Below are positions 36,899 through 50,312 of a DNA stretch of 64,000 nucleotides, one piece after another (the stretch's first letter is position 1; each line of letters starts with the position of its first letter). Origin of the DNA: Chrysemys picta bellii (taxonomy: Eukaryota); contig NC_088796.1 in NCBI RefSeq assembly GCF_011386835.1, positions 84,506,001-84,570,000 of the forward strand, in the 5' to 3' direction. A program made the translations under genes and the position numbers. Under the pieces are notes generated by a model that worked only from the letters and a program-made list of their open reading frames with translations, had not been told where the DNA came from and searched no databases.

Positions 36899-39680
36899 CC
36901 TATAATAGGGCAAACCACCATGTGGAGGGGGCTAGTTTTCCATCATTTGACCCTTCATCAATCTTGGGCATTGAGGAACGTGGACCACTGGATTCGTTTG
37001 GCATGCCATAGACAAGGCTGATCCTTTGTCTTACCATCAGTACCTCAAGGAAGGGTATAAGTATGCAAATCTAAGAGCATATGCAAAGAATGGTACCACA
37101 GATATCCCCAATACTGTATTATTCCTATCTATTTATGTGGCTCAGAGCTTTTCTGGCTTTATTATTGATCCTGATAAAAATTTCTAAGGCTTTACTTTGC
37201 CCTCAGTGTGAGTTCCTTGCCAGACCCCTCGAGGTTCCCTACAAGATATCGAATTGGTTGGTTTAGTTCTGTGTAGCCTGATTGATTCTGGGACAATAGC
37301 CCTATTACCCTCAGCTCATTAATCAGATCAACTGGCAACCAATCCAAGCATTATTAATCATTGAAAAGGATCAGACAACAACTGGTGTTAGTAATAGTGA
37401 CAACACTAGTGTAGACAGAGCATGACATAGGCATCAGCATTTTAAGCACATGTTGTCTAACAGCTAAATGACATATAGTTTAAAATGAGAGCTGGTCAGA
37501 AATTTTCTGGAACATTTTCTGTCAGAAGAAAATGCCAATTTGCCAAAAGTGAAACATTTGTGTAGATTTCAACAAAATTTCACTTAAAAAAGCAGAATGG
37601 GGAATTCCAATAAATTTCCAGTTTTTCATTTTGAAAAGATGTTATTGTTTCAAGTTTTTTTAATACAAGTGAAAATTAGAACAAAACATTTCAAATGACC
37701 TGAAAATGAACTTTTCAAAATGTTGTTTCCTGGGAGATTTCAAATTTTTTAATTATTCTATTTTAAAACAGAAAAGTTTTAAAATTTCAGAATTTCCCAT
37801 GAAACAGGAAGTCTGGTTTCTGCCCAACTTTACTTAAAATACTGGAAATTGATGGCAGCTTTGCCTACATTGTCACCCCCAGTGGAGCTCAAACACAAGG
37901 AACAACAACAAGACGTTTTAGCAAAAGTTTCCTATTGTAAGACCTTGGTCAGTGGAATAATCTCAAGGTAACGAATTTCACTGGAACTGATCCAGTCTAG
38001 ACTGGGAATTGTGGGCTTCATAGTGCTCTGCTGCAACAGAGCTCCTGGAAGCACTTTGTCTTAAACAGATACTGTCAAAGCTGTCCAGGAAACCAAATTT
38101 TAGTTCTGCATGAAATTTTGTATTTAAAAAAATATTTTTCATCCCAAATGGGAATGAAAACCAACTAATCAAAAGTTTTCAGAGAACTGAAATCCCATAG
38201 TATTTCACAAATGGAGCTATGGAGGGTGGAAGCCACTCACTGACATTGACACGATCCTTGTCAGTTTCATACTAGTCACTGCTGAATTGCAACCGTGAAA
38301 TAGACCAGACTTATTATCAAGTGAACATGAGACTGGTCACTTTTACACCCGTTATTCAGTGGTGAGCAGCCATGAGACTGACAAGAATCAAGTCCCTTGT
38401 TTCAAGCTCAAGCTCTTTCACAACTCCCCAGTTCCTTCTCTACCTGGGAGCTCTGTTGGTTCCTCTCCAGCCTGTGGGCCCCTCTAGTAAGAAACACCCC
38501 ACCAGGTCTTTTCATGGCACCAGTCCCTGGGCTCAAACTTCTCTTTCCTTTGGGATAAGGTCACCATAGCCCTCCTTCTTGGGGCTGTGCCTGAACTGTC
38601 AGGCTTCCCAAACCCATCATCATGTAGTCCTACCACAAGACAGCCTCTCTAGGTTCCTCCTAACTGATCAAACAGCACTACTTTTTAATCCTCATCAGAT
38701 GATCACATGCCTCAGGCACAGTATCCTATTCCTAGTTTGGTCTCATGATCCTCCTACCTTTTCTTAAAGGGGCCATGCCTTGGAACAGAGTTGGCTGGCC
38801 CCAGGTCCCCATTGACCTTAAAAGGAACAGACTCTACCTAGACACCTCTCTACCTGCCCTCTCTCCCTCCTTGTGCATTCCTACATAATCAAACCTTACT
38901 TTACACAGGGCTGTTATAAGAAATCCCTGTTTGTATTACATTAACAAAGAATTAGCAGATGGGTCAGAGTTAAGGTTTTCAACTTTAACCCTGCATTTCC
39001 TCTCTTCTGGAGGTCTGATTTCCCAGTTTCAGCAATGCATTTACGCTAGTTTTGTGTGTACAATTTCCTTGTGGTTTTATTTTGAAAGAAAAAAATAAAA
39101 TATTGGCAATGGGATATGTAGTTTGATCTTCAACTATTTAGCTTGATGTCCACTGAACCTGGCTGCACTTGAACAAGGCCTCTCAAATCCAGCGGGGAGC
39201 TGCTGAACCTCAGCAACCAGTACCTGCCCAGACACACACTACTCACAGCAGAACTCCAACAGCTGTGTTATAAATCCAATGGCAATTTGAGCACTACAAC
39301 TCAGAGGGAAGGAGAAGCAAGTTAGCCTCCCCTAGGGCCCTTTCCCAAAAAAAATCATCACTCATCTCTGTAAAGTGTACACTGTGATTCTGGCAAGGAC
39401 AGCAAGAATCGGAAAACCATGGGAAAGACTTTTTGTGTGCTATTTCTAGCCAGGCTAAAGCTGTAGTAAATACTGGAAATCCTGCCAGAACTTGATCTTT
39501 CAAGGTTTTCAGACCAAAAAGATTTTAGAAAAGCTTATGATCAGCATCAAACTTTGCGCTGTTGATCTGAACCTCCAAACTTTGTGTGGTTCACCCATTG
39601 CTACAGAAGGCTCTAAAAGGAAATTAAACATCCAAAAGAAAGAAGCTCTAAACAACACTGAAAACAAAACCAAAAGGTAG

Positions 39681-39733
39681 GTAACAAGGAAATTAGTGCA
39701 AAGGAAATTAGTAACAAGGAAATTAGTGCAAAG
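39681..39733. repeat. Short tandem duplication (30-nt unit GTAACAAGGAAATTAGTGCAAAGGAAATTA)
   Basis: Direct reading, about 1.8 copies. Confidence 0.85.
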
Positions 39734-40392
39734 ACAAAAGGCCCTTCAACTAATTATCTCTGTGTAGGATGGTACATCCCCTAAGAACTGAGGGTGGTTA
39801 TTCCACCTCTCAGGAAGGAGGGGGGAATTGGGTAATATTCCCCTCATCTTTACCACATGAAGGGCACTCTGTAGACACAGGGCTGGAGAAAGGAACAGAG
39901 AATAGGTGGACCTGGGTGGATCCCCCTCCCCCAGTATAGCCCTGAAAAGATTATTCAGAAAATAGAAATTGGAGCTGTATTATCTTTTCCCCAGGGGCAG
40001 CTGCAGGCAAGTCCCTGATAACATAGCTACGGTGGTGGTATGCTGCCAGGGATGGAGCACAGGATTCCACTGGGGGCTCAAGCAACTGTGGAAGTACAGG
40101 TTATGCACATGGATGACTCTGATCTCCCACAGATACCCAGGAATCCTTCAGATTTGTGGGTGGCTCCTGCAACCTGTACCACAGGGGATAAGCTCACTCC
40201 CCTAGTGAAGCAACCAGAGGGAAGGATCTCTGCAAGATGATCCTTAAGGAAATTTCCTTCCTCTGAGTCCCTTTCTGTATTGTTTTTCTGCCAGAGGGGG
40301 CAATCGGGCTCTGAGAACTAGAACTAAGCCTAGTAGTAACTCTTTCATGTTTCTCTATAAGTTGCTTAAAATACTTTGACATTCATGTAGGG

Positions 40393-41015
40393 CAGTGGTT
40401 CTCAACTTTAACAGTCCGCGAACCCCTTTCACTAAATTGTGAAATCTCGTGAACCCCCTCCTAAAAATGAATATTTTCAGGGATTAAAGTTTAAAATTTC
40501 CTCAATGTGATGGATGCCCCAACTGCCTGCCCCGCTCTTCCTGGGGCTCGGGCTGGGGTTTGGGTTGCTGGCTCCCCTGCTGACAGGGGCAGAGCTGGGG
40601 CTGCCAGCCCCAACTGCCTGGCCCCAGTCTTCCCAGGGCTTGGGCTGCCAGCCCTGCGTGGGGAGCGCTGGGGTTCGGGCTGCCGGCTCCCCTGCTGATG
40701 GGGGCAGGGCTCAGGCTGCCAGCCCCAACTGCCTGGCCCTGCTCTCCCTGGGGCTTGGGCTGCCAGTCCCACGCGGAGCGCTGGGGTTCGGACTGCTGGC
40801 TACCCGGTTGGTGGGGGCAGGGCGCAGGCTGCCAGCCCCAACTGCCCGGTCCCGCTCTCCCTGGGGCTCGGGGTGTCTGCCCTGCAACTGGGTCCCACCT
40901 GCTGTCTCTAATGCCCGGGGTCCTCTGTCCGCCATTAGTGAAATTTTTCTGGCGAATCCCCTGTAACGTTCTGCGAACCCCCAGGGGTTTGCGAACCCCA
41001 GTTTGGGAACTACTG
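40393..41015. mobile_element. hAT/Charlie-like MITE with internal GC-rich tandem repeats
   Basis: Ends CAGTGGTTCTCAA / TTTGGGAACTACTG; perfect 8-bp TSD ATGTAGGG. Confidence 0.9.
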
Positions 41016-41018
41016 ATG

Positions 41019-41141
41019 TAGGGTGACCAGACAGCAAATGTGAAAAATAGGGACGGGGGTGGGGGGTAATAGGAGCCTATATAAGAAAAAGACCCAAAAA
41101 TCGGGACTGTCCCTATAAAATCAGGACATCTGGTCACCCTA
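41019..41141. mobile_element. hAT-type MITE (TAGGGTGACCAG family)
   Basis: TIRs TAGGGTGACCAGA / TCTGGTCACCCTA. Confidence 0.88.
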
Positions 41142-41527
41142 CTCATGATATAATAACTAACATCCAAATTTTAAAATACATACTGCATATTAAACTTTAA
41201 ACAAATTGTGAGCAAACAGTAGAGCAATTATGCCCTTTGAGGTTTCTGAATATCACATTATCTTTTTGGCAGCAGCCACAGCCATATGATGCATACTGCT
41301 CCATGGAGGGGAAAACAGTTTAATGATAATGAAGCTTGCAGCCCTTTATTTAAAAAGCCGAATCATCTTGCTGAACTTTTACATTTGTAGACATTTCTAT
41401 CGTATTTTTTGCTCGTAAAATATTGGTTCCCATAATAATCCTTATCCTTGCCCCCTTTAAGAGATTTTTACCCCCCATCTCCCACAAAACACAAAGAACA
41501 TTTCTAGAGACTCTAAATAATACATAC

Positions 41528-41628
41528 GTGTCTAGCTTTTGAAACTCCAAGTCCAGCAAGGCAAAGGCCCTTGTGATCATGTCCATTGCTTGGTTACGTA
41601 CAGAAATGAAATCTCTGAGTTGAGCTGC
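41528..41628 (-). CDS. Kelch-repeat/coiled-coil protein exon (101 nt, phase 0-2)
   Basis: ttttctacatag / gtatgt; AAQLRDFISVRNQAMDMITRAFALLDLEFQKLD(T); phase fits the 85-nt exon. Confidence 0.88.
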
Positions 41629-43372
41629 CTATGTAGAAAATCATAAGTTAACACAGCTTGAGATACCATAAAGAATCACAGAAGAAGAGAAGGCATTTAA
41701 TGATTATTAGCATCTCCCCTTAAACCTACAATGGTCTAAGTCATCTATGAGTTTTCCCATCAAGACCTACTGTTCTATCTACCAGTTTTTCCCTGGGTGA
41801 TGGTAAGAGATGATAGATTTCACTACAACACAGACTCATGTTGATCATTATTTCATAGGGGGATGCCAGTTGTGATTTTTGGTTTACTCTAGTTATTTAT
41901 TTGCACATTTTTCCACCTTGTCTCTGCTCAGCAGTGATTTTTACCTTTTCTGTTCTAAACAATACATTTATTTTGCTATGAATTTTCCTCATTTAATCCT
42001 GTTCACAGCATTAGTTATTCAGTCTCTTTAGGAGAGTGGCCTGTACATATTGGTTTTTACCACTGGTCTCACAGACAGGGCTGAAATTCTTCTGAAGGCT
42101 GATCTCAAATCATCTGCAGGGGGGATGGAATCCTACACTGAAATTATTGATAGTAATAAAATAATGCATCCATTTAGCAAATGCTCTGTAGTATAATGTT
42201 TAGTAATGGAAATTAATTCCTTTACTGAGCAACGTATTTACTTGACAATTAAATCAATAATTAAATATTTTACTACATAAGTTAAGAACCCAGTAATTTA
42301 TTTGCTAAGCAATGCTGTTATTGGGCAATCTGGGAAATCTTTATATGCAAGTGATTCAAGGAACATGTGACCCATTTAAATTGTTACCTACAGCAAATAG
42401 TTATATAGTAATTGTATTGTAGCAATAATTTTCAAATTATATCCCCCAAAGCAGGTTGAAGATGGGGCTGGCATACTCAATTTTTTCATGTGATACCATA
42501 AGAAATACATGAAATTGACCTGAATGGCTTGTACCAAATTAAAAGAGTCTATTAGCCCATAATTTGAAAATAACTGCTAAAATTACTATGCAAGGTATAA
42601 TGATAATAGAAGGAGCAATTTAGGCCCAATTCAGCCATCCAGCCCTATTCAGCAAAGTATTTAAGCATGTATTTAAAAGCTTTACTGAACTGGGACCTTA
42701 AAGAGCCTCCTCTCCCCCGCCCCCCCTTCCCCGGCCAAAATAATACCTCCAAACCAAAACCTTAGCACCAAAAGAGATGACTCAGAGTGGAGGCCATTAA
42801 CGTGATACACCTGTCAGGTGGGAAAGATGAAATACATTATGTCCCCCCTCAGACCTTTCTCTCCAGTTTATTTATTTAATTAATGTATCTCTCTCTTTTA
42901 CTCCTCCTGGAGATACTCAAACACTTTAGCAGCTTCCCCCAAAAAAGAATATGTTCAGTGTTTAACCCCATTTCTGCTAAGTCAAAGGAGAAAGGAAGAG
43001 AAACCTCTTTCAGAATAAACAACATTAAAATAGGTTCTGGTTCTGTAGATCCTTTTTTCTTACTTTCATGCTTAGTATAAACAAAGCCAGGCAGGAACCC
43101 TTGACCTTGCTGCACAGAAGGGAGAGTACAGACGCTCCCTGGGTTATGCAAGCCCGACTTACGCAAATCTGCACTTACGGAAAAAGTTCTGTAAATTCCG
43201 TAAACTAGAATTTTTTGTGTGTGTGTGTGTAATGGTCGGGTATATGTTCCCAACTTACGCAAAATTGGAGTTACGCAAGGCGTTCCGGAACGGAACGCTT
43301 GCGTAAGTTGGAGAGCATCCATACTTCCTCTGTCACTCCATCCCCCTCTCCTTACTGAATGTGGATGCTTCT

Positions 43373-43492
43373 TAGGGTTGCCATCCCTCCAGGATTGCCC
43401 GGGAGTCTCCAGGAATTAAAGATTAATCTTTAATTAAAGATCATGTCATGAGATGAAACCTCCAGGAATACAGCCAACCAAATTGGCAACCC
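43373..43492. mobile_element. MITE with TAGGGTTGCCA / TGGCAACCC ends
   Basis: Terminal inverted repeats visible. Confidence 0.65.
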
Positions 43493-44308
43493 AAATGCTT
43501 ATTTGCTGGAGCTCTGCATCATGGATGGAATGCTGCTGAGTTCATGGTACAAGACCAAAAAGTAGAAGAGGGGAAGTGTTGCTTTCTGAAGCACTGCAAA
43601 GTGCCTTGCAGACAGCTAGGTGGAAGAACTACAGTTGAGAGCTATAGTGCTCTCTCTGAGTCACCTCTGCAGCAGCTACAGAGCTGCCACAGGGGGACCC
43701 CAGCCAATAACTGCAGAAATTATGTTGCCCGGGGGTGGGGTGGGGGTGGTAGCAGAAGCAGCAATGCAGCAGTCACCCCTGTAAGACAATTCCTGTTCTC
43801 AGTACAGACATTCCTCTCCACAAATCCTTAAGGGCTGGTTCAAGAAAATCTCTGCCAGGGTCACCTCATGGAGTTCGCCTCCCTCTTGGGCATTCCAGTC
43901 AGGGTGTGTGTGAGAGAGAGATCTGGCCCTTAAAATGTTTATTTCTTTGACTTTTTTCCCCTCCAAGTGGAAGGATCTATATAAAATCCACACTAAAAAA
44001 AACAACCAACTAAACCCCCAAGCAAACAGGAATAATTTTTCTTTCATGAAGCCATTTTGTAATTACCCAGAGGCACAATAAGGTGCAACATCATGCCCAA
44101 GATATTCAGGAAACTTGCCTTAGCTTTGTTCCTCACAAGGCACCTGCAGGGTAATGTTGTATAGCATGAAGCACATCCTGTCATGTCTTACTGCTTAACT
44201 TTCAGGTGAATGCACATTTCCTAAGTGTTCTGGATAAAACCACAGCTCCAATGTTACACAAAGAAACAAACCTCCTTAGATCTAGTGAAACTGAGGTGAG
44301 ATACTTAC

Positions 44309-44396
44309 TGGGATTGCAGGTGGGGACTCCATTCTCGCAGGAAAAGGTGATACCATTAATTCATATTTCACTTTGGGTATTTTGGTGGGAGTAAAC
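44309..44396 (-). CDS. Kelch-repeat/coiled-coil protein, Pro-rich linker exon (88 nt, phase 2-0)
   Basis: gtgtgtatag / gtaagt; (R)FTPTKIPKVKYELMVSPFPARMESPPAIP; phases fit both neighbours. Confidence 0.82.
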
Positions 44397-45146
44397 CTAT
44401 ACACACACACATACACAAAATCATGGTATTAATAACGAGCCTGAAACTAAACACTTTTCTAAACAAATAAAAATGACTGCAAAGGAGGTGAATTCTCTTT
44501 TTCTCTTGGTTGATCTGGAAGTTGTTTGAGGTCAGGTATTAGAATATTGATTTAGTTCAAGGGGACAAAGTTATTAAGCACAGAACTATATGCTACAGTT
44601 GGGTGAATCAAATAATACATTTGCAAAACAGCAGAAATATTTGAGAACTTAATCTTTCAGCATTAGTGTCATCTTTGACTCTTCTATTTTTCTCTCCCCA
44701 TATCCAGTATCTTCCTACTTGATATCCTCAATCTACTATTTCAGGTCCTCCCTCCTTAAGTCTTCAGGAGGTAAATGAATATCACTGGCATCCTTGCTGA
44801 GAAGACAGATGAGTGTCTTTGTCCACATGAAGGCCAGGGTGGCAAGAGATGTTCTCTGAGAGTATGTCTACATTTCCGGCTTTCGGTGTGTCAAATCGCT
44901 AGTCATTGCCTCCTACATTACTATCATTCACACTCAAATCCCTGAGATACGTGTTCAAAGGTGTGTAGAAATGGAGCTGGCAAACCTGTCTGGAGGCCTG
45001 GGTAAAGCTGCACGTTGACCCATGACCCACCTTGCTACCTGGTCACTGTGTAGTGTGGTCATAGCGATGACGTGGTGACCTGTCCTCGAGTCTACTTACT
45101 CTTCCATTGTCATTCACACAATTCCCTGTTCTGCTATGGAGAAAGA

Positions 45147-46063
45147 TGTTATGTTCCGGGAACAGGTTTGTTTATCCTGGGTGGAGGGCAGTACACAAGA
45201 AACTCTCATAGTGTCACAATAAAATGCCTCCCCCACTCATGGGGTCCCCTGGGTAAGCACCAGCATTGTATATTGCTAACATCTCTATATGCATTGGGAA
45301 GTATCTTGGGAAGGGTTAAAGGTATGAGTGTGGAATGGAAGATTCCTTTGCAGGTTACAAAGGGCCAAAGGGGGAGGAAGGGAGAAAGGAACGGGTTAAC
45401 TTGACGAACCAAAGCTAAGGAACGAAACTGCAGCCCAAGGCCAGTGCACACAAACAAGCTCTCTGCTGCCAAACAGCCGGAAGCCTGTATCACAACCCCG
45501 GCTAGCCATGAGAAAGGAGAACTGAGCCAGACAGAACTGAAGGGGTTGCAAAACTAGTAAGATTGCGAAGGCCAGCGAATGGGAACACAACAGTCTTGCG
45601 ACCCTGAAACTGGTGTGTTTTGGGGAAGCCAAAGGAGCTGCAGAAGGCCGGTTTGGACTGGTACAGAGACCACGGGGGATGGGGGCCACTGGATGAAACG
45701 CCCCCAGAAGAACCCAGGGCTTAAAACTCTCCTGAGAGCTGAAGCAAGACAGAGATTTACAGCGGACCCTAGACAACCTGTGCACAGGGTAGAACTCTCA
45801 TCTTTCCCCCCCACTTCTTCTTACGTTACACCCAGGCTTGGCCAGCCTTGGGTTGTGCGTGTGTAAGTATGAAAGTGGGTTAGGGCTTGGGCACTAACGC
45901 TTTCTTCCTCCCTTTGAGTGATGTGGGGTGCACCCAGCACTCACTGCTGTTATTTGGTTAATAAAGCTTTAAACTTAGTCACTTGGTGTGCTCCTTCATC
46001 TCCTCTCCTAAAGATCCTGCGGCCTCAGCCTGATCACCTGAAGCCCCAGGCAGACTGGTAACA
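45147..46063 (+). mobile_element. Probable solo LTR
   Basis: TGTTA..TAACA ends and AATAAA at 45960; no TSD found, left boundary uncertain. Confidence 0.45.
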
Positions 46064-47273
46064 TAAATCTGTCACAATAGGGCACCTTCCCTCGCTCCAG
46101 ACCCCCTCGCTCCAGCTTCCCCCACCACCATGTGGTATCCAAGATGGATGCCAAGCTGAGAAAAGTTTATTTTTAAACACTCTGTTATTGTTTATCCTGG
46201 GCAGAGGGAGGTACATAGGAGACTCCCAGAGGGCATCCACCCTATCCTCAGACTTGCATCCTCCCCAGGCTGACACCACATGGTATCCAAGATGGATGCA
46301 TGTGGTCCTACCACACTATGCTAGTTGTCCTGCACCAGATATGCCGGTCTATACATGGAAAATAAGGACCAATTGTGGCATTCATTAGCTGTGTCCAGTC
46401 TGCTGTGAATGAATCCTCCTCCAAGTTCAGCTGCTTTCTTTGTCTCAGAACGTGCTCCTGAAATGCCATCCAGTGTCTTGCTGAACATCTGCTCTGCTAC
46501 TTAAACCATTCATTTGCAAACAGGTGCAGCTGATCAGTTGGTCCCACGCTCTTCCCGGGATAGACTGGACAGAAGTGAACAGCATTCACAACTTGCAAGC
46601 GCCTCACAAAAAAACAGCATTTAAAATGTGGCAGGCTGAAAGCACTTCTGCACAGGGGTCTGAGAAGAACAGACAAGTTCTCCCACAAACCAATACTAGG
46701 GCTTCTCCAGATGGTGAGGACACTCAGGACTCCGAAACGCCATGTAGCTACACTATCAGTATGGACATGGCTACATGGGGTATGGCGTCTGTGCAGCTCT
46801 GCAGTGTGGACTCTGGTGGTGGGCTTAGCTAATATGCAGATGCATGCATGCGAGCCAGGACTTGGGTACAGGCCCAGTGTAGACATAGCCTCAGATAAAC
46901 CAGAGAAGAAGAGGAGTAAAGGCAGACAGCCTTTGTATTAAGGGTCCAGAATAATAGGACCCACATCTGAATATCAGCTTATTCCTTTATCGCTATTAAA
47001 TGCTGTTCTCTGAGTAGCAAGGGAATTGATTTATGTAGCTGGGCCATTGTATTTGTCACTGAAATGTGGGCAATTATTAGTTATGAGCCAGATTCAAAAA
47101 ATCAACGAATCACATATTTATGATGATTTATTCACAGAAAATACTTTGTACTGCATGGAGAGGCCAGCTCAGTCAAAGGCAGAGCCAATATGAAAAAAAT
47201 CACAAATATTCAATCTTTCCTGCCTTTTCCCATAGAAGGAAAGAAAGCAAAGAAACAAAAATATAAAGAATAC

Positions 47274-47322
47274 CTGCTGCTTACTCCCTGGATTCCAAAT
47301 TCTGAGAGAATCTCCTTCATTA
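47274..47322 (-). CDS. Kelch-repeat/coiled-coil protein exon (49 nt, phase 1-2)
   Basis: cttaatttcag / gtattc; (I)MKEILSEFGIQGVSS(R); phases fit both neighbours. Confidence 0.82.
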
Positions 47323-48135
47323 CTGAAATTAAGACATCAATTTGCCATTAGTCTAACAACACATTTTATGAACAAGGAGTGATAGATCAGAACCATTATG
47401 GGATCTTTCTACTATTTTTATAATGTATTTTGGCTGAGACCATATCATTACAATAACATGTGTATAGCTTTTTTAACTGCTATGAATGTTCATCCACAAG
47501 ACAAGTTTTGAAGTGATAAAATGTTAGCATAGCAAAAATCACACACTCAAGATAATTTGAAGCTTCAGTTGATACAGAATGTGGCTGCCAGCTTGCCACA
47601 TTGGGAATAGGGTATGTGCCTGGAACATATTATACAAGCCCTCCAAAGACTATCCCTATTCACTTTTAGGTGCAGCTTAAGTTATTGAACTCTTCAGGAT
47701 ATGGACTGTGTTCACATCTTGATTTATATAAGGCCTCACATAATAGGACCCTGATCCTGTTTGGGGCTTTTGGGTACTACTATAATATAAATATTAAACC
47801 CCTATATTACTTGTATTCTAGCTACCTCAGGAATTGCCTCTCTGTACCAGCATGATGGACTGAGATCAGCTGAGATGGGCTCTTGCTTCTCTCTCTCTCT
47901 CTCTCCCCAACTCTTCATTTTCTTTTCTCGCATTTCATTACACAACACTTGGAAACCTCTGTACCTCTGCATACATACAAGATGGGCCTTGGTGAACATG
48001 CACACGACCCAGATCCCCAGGGCACTTGTTATAGCCCTTGAGCCTTTTAAAACTGTGAGCTGCAGTGGCAGGGCACTTGACTAGTACCAAATATGTGACC
48101 TACCAGAATGCAGATATAATGCTTCCCGCTTCTTA

Positions 48136-48405
48136 GGGTATGTCTACAGTGCAATTAGATACCTGCGGCTGGACCAAGCCAGCTGACTGGGGCTCCTGGG
48201 GCTTGGGCTGCGGCGCCGTTTCTTTGCAGTGTAGACTTACAGGCTTGGATTGGAGCCTGGTCTCTAGGACCCATGAGGTGGGAGGTTCCCAGAGCTTGGG
48301 CTGCAGCCTGAGCCAGGAAGTCTACACAGCAATGAAAAAGCCCTGCAGCCCGAGTCAGCAGGCATGGGCCAGCTGCAGGTTTTTATTTGCAGCGTGGACA
48401 TACCC
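48136..48405. mobile_element. Harbinger MITE
   Basis: Ends GGGTATGTCTACA / CGTGGACATACCC; TTA TSD. Confidence 0.88.
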
Positions 48406-48471
48406 TTAGACAAGGACAGCAGACAGGTTTGAAAATAAAGCCAGTCCTGAGGAAGGGTCTTGGCCTAAAGA

Positions 48472-48663
48472 CACCTCTACCCCGATATAACGCGACCCGA
48501 TATAACACGAATTCGGATATAACGCGGTAAAGCAGTGCTCCGGGGGTGGGGGTGGGGCTGTGCGCTCCGGCGGATCAAAGCAAGTTCGATATAACACGGT
48601 TTCACCTATAATGCGGTAAGATTTTTTGGCTCCCGAGAACAGCATTATATCGGGATAGAGGTG
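48472..48663. mobile_element. Tc1/mariner (Tigger-like) MITE
   Basis: TIRs CACCTCTACCCCGATATAA / TTATATCGGGATAGAGGTG. Confidence 0.82.
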
Positions 48664-49657
48664 CAGTTGTTGGGAGCTTAATTGTACCCTCCCCAGTCAG
48701 AGAATATGCCCAGTGGCTTGCAACCTTGTTTCAGCTTTCTCCCACTTCCTGACACTGCCGGGCTTTACTACTAACTTGAGTCCCAGAATGCAGCAAGCAT
48801 GAGATTTCAATTGTTCTCTGACTTGAGAAGCACACATTGTGCATTCTGGGGTGAAAGCCCAAGGCAATTCCACAGTGTCATGAAGTATGAAGAGAAATGA
48901 ATCACTTAGACCTCCGGGTCTTGCCACCCAGCTACTGCCTCCAGTGGGAAGATAGAGGCCCACACCTCAAATTAGAGGTTTGCACATCAACCTCCTCCTC
49001 AGAAATGACATGCCACTGGAAGAGATCAGCCAGACAGACCACAGAGAACCTTCCTCACCAAGAGGGCCTGCCACCAACGTGGGAGAGAAGAGTCCTTTTT
49101 CACACCATTGAAGATCCTGCTGCTAGCAACACTCCCCTGCTATGGGGAGATGGGGCTTGTTGGAGGAGGAATTGTGTTGCAGGGAAACTGACAATTGGGG
49201 ACTGTCCAAAGGATACTGGAAAAGCTTCAGAGCTTTGAATGAGAACAAAAATTTGTAATGTTGAACAAACCCTGTCCCTGCTGAGAATTACCTATTGCTA
49301 ATTATAAAGAGGGATAGTGAGGATGTATGCAGCTGAAAAGGACACCAGTCACACAGTGTACAAGTGAAGCTGGCGCACATTACTAGGCTGACACCCACAA
49401 AGTGGGTTAGTGTGATGACATCTTGTGGTAATTGTGAAAACAACACTACTCGCTCCATAACATGCTGTCTAGTCTGGAAATATGGTAGACACATATTACT
49501 GGGATGCTGGTAATTAAGACTCCTAATTCACAAAATGAGCATTGTAGGCATTAACGATTCACACCACCTTTTATGGGTGAAAATAATGTATTCTCTCAGA
49601 TATTTTTAAACAGCTTTTAGTAATGTCATGAATTAAAATCAATTCAGCATTATTATA

Positions 49658-49890
49658 GGTTTCAGAATGGTAGCCATGTTAGTCTGTATCAGCAAAAAGA
49701 ATGAGGAGTACTTGTGGCACCTTAGAGACTAACAAATTTATCTGAGCATAAGCTTTTGTGGGCTAAAACCCACTTCATCAGATGCATGCAGTGGAAAGTA
49801 CAGTAGGAAGATATATATACACAGAGGACATGAAAAAACGGGTGTTGCCATACTAACTTTAACGAGAGTCATCAGTTAAGATGGGCTATT
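49658..49890 (-). mobile_element. Penelope-like 3' end (family A) with hammerhead-like motif at 49746-49785
   Basis: GCAT-CTGATGA-A-GTGGG..CCCAC-AAA-AGCT-T-ATGC (canonical CUGAUGA but G12 changed to A). Confidence 0.82.
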
Positions 49891-50093
49891 TTCTCCTGCT
49901 GATAATAGGGTTAGTGCCAGTGCTCCTTTTGTTATGAGCTACTGTGCTCATTTTACTCAGACATTTAATAAGAAACACATTTTAGATGAACTATTACTTA
50001 CTGTGACAGAGTGATGAGAACCAGCAGCTGAACCAGCACTCTAGTCAATTTAAGTCCAAGTAGTTTCCCCAAAGAAGACCTGACTGATGGAAG

Positions 50094-50312
50094 CCATGGA
50101 GGATAGGTCCATCAGTGGCTATTAGCCAGGATGGACAGGGATGGGGTCTCTAGCCTCTGTTTGTCAGAACCTGGGAATGGTGACAGGGGATGGATCACTT
50201 GGTGATTACCTGTTTTGTTCATTCCCTCTGGGGCACCTGGTATTGGCCACTGTCAGAAGACAGGATACTGGGCTACTATGGTCTGACCCAGTATGGCCAT
50301 TCTTATGTTCTT
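50094..50312 (+). mobile_element. CR1 3' UTR (tail type shared with turtle SINEs)
   Basis: GGATAGGTCCATCAGTGGCTATTAGCCAGGATGG..GGTCTGACCCAGTATGGCCATTCTTATGTTCTT. Confidence 0.8.

Noticed and set aside
36300-37021. 191-aa ORF and overlapping ORFs
   Set aside because: Span a palindromic hAT MITE; not protein-like.
40491-41167. 221-aa and 150-aa ORFs with repeated peptides
   Set aside because: Translation of tandem GC-rich repeats inside a MITE.
44206-44394. Plus-strand ORF with apparent splice sites
   Set aside because: It overlaps the antisense of a true minus-strand exon; no partner exons.
48445-48471. CTGAGGAAGGGTCTTGGCCTAAAG, a possible third hammerhead-like remnant
   Set aside because: Too short, lacks GAAA and is cut by a Tigger MITE.
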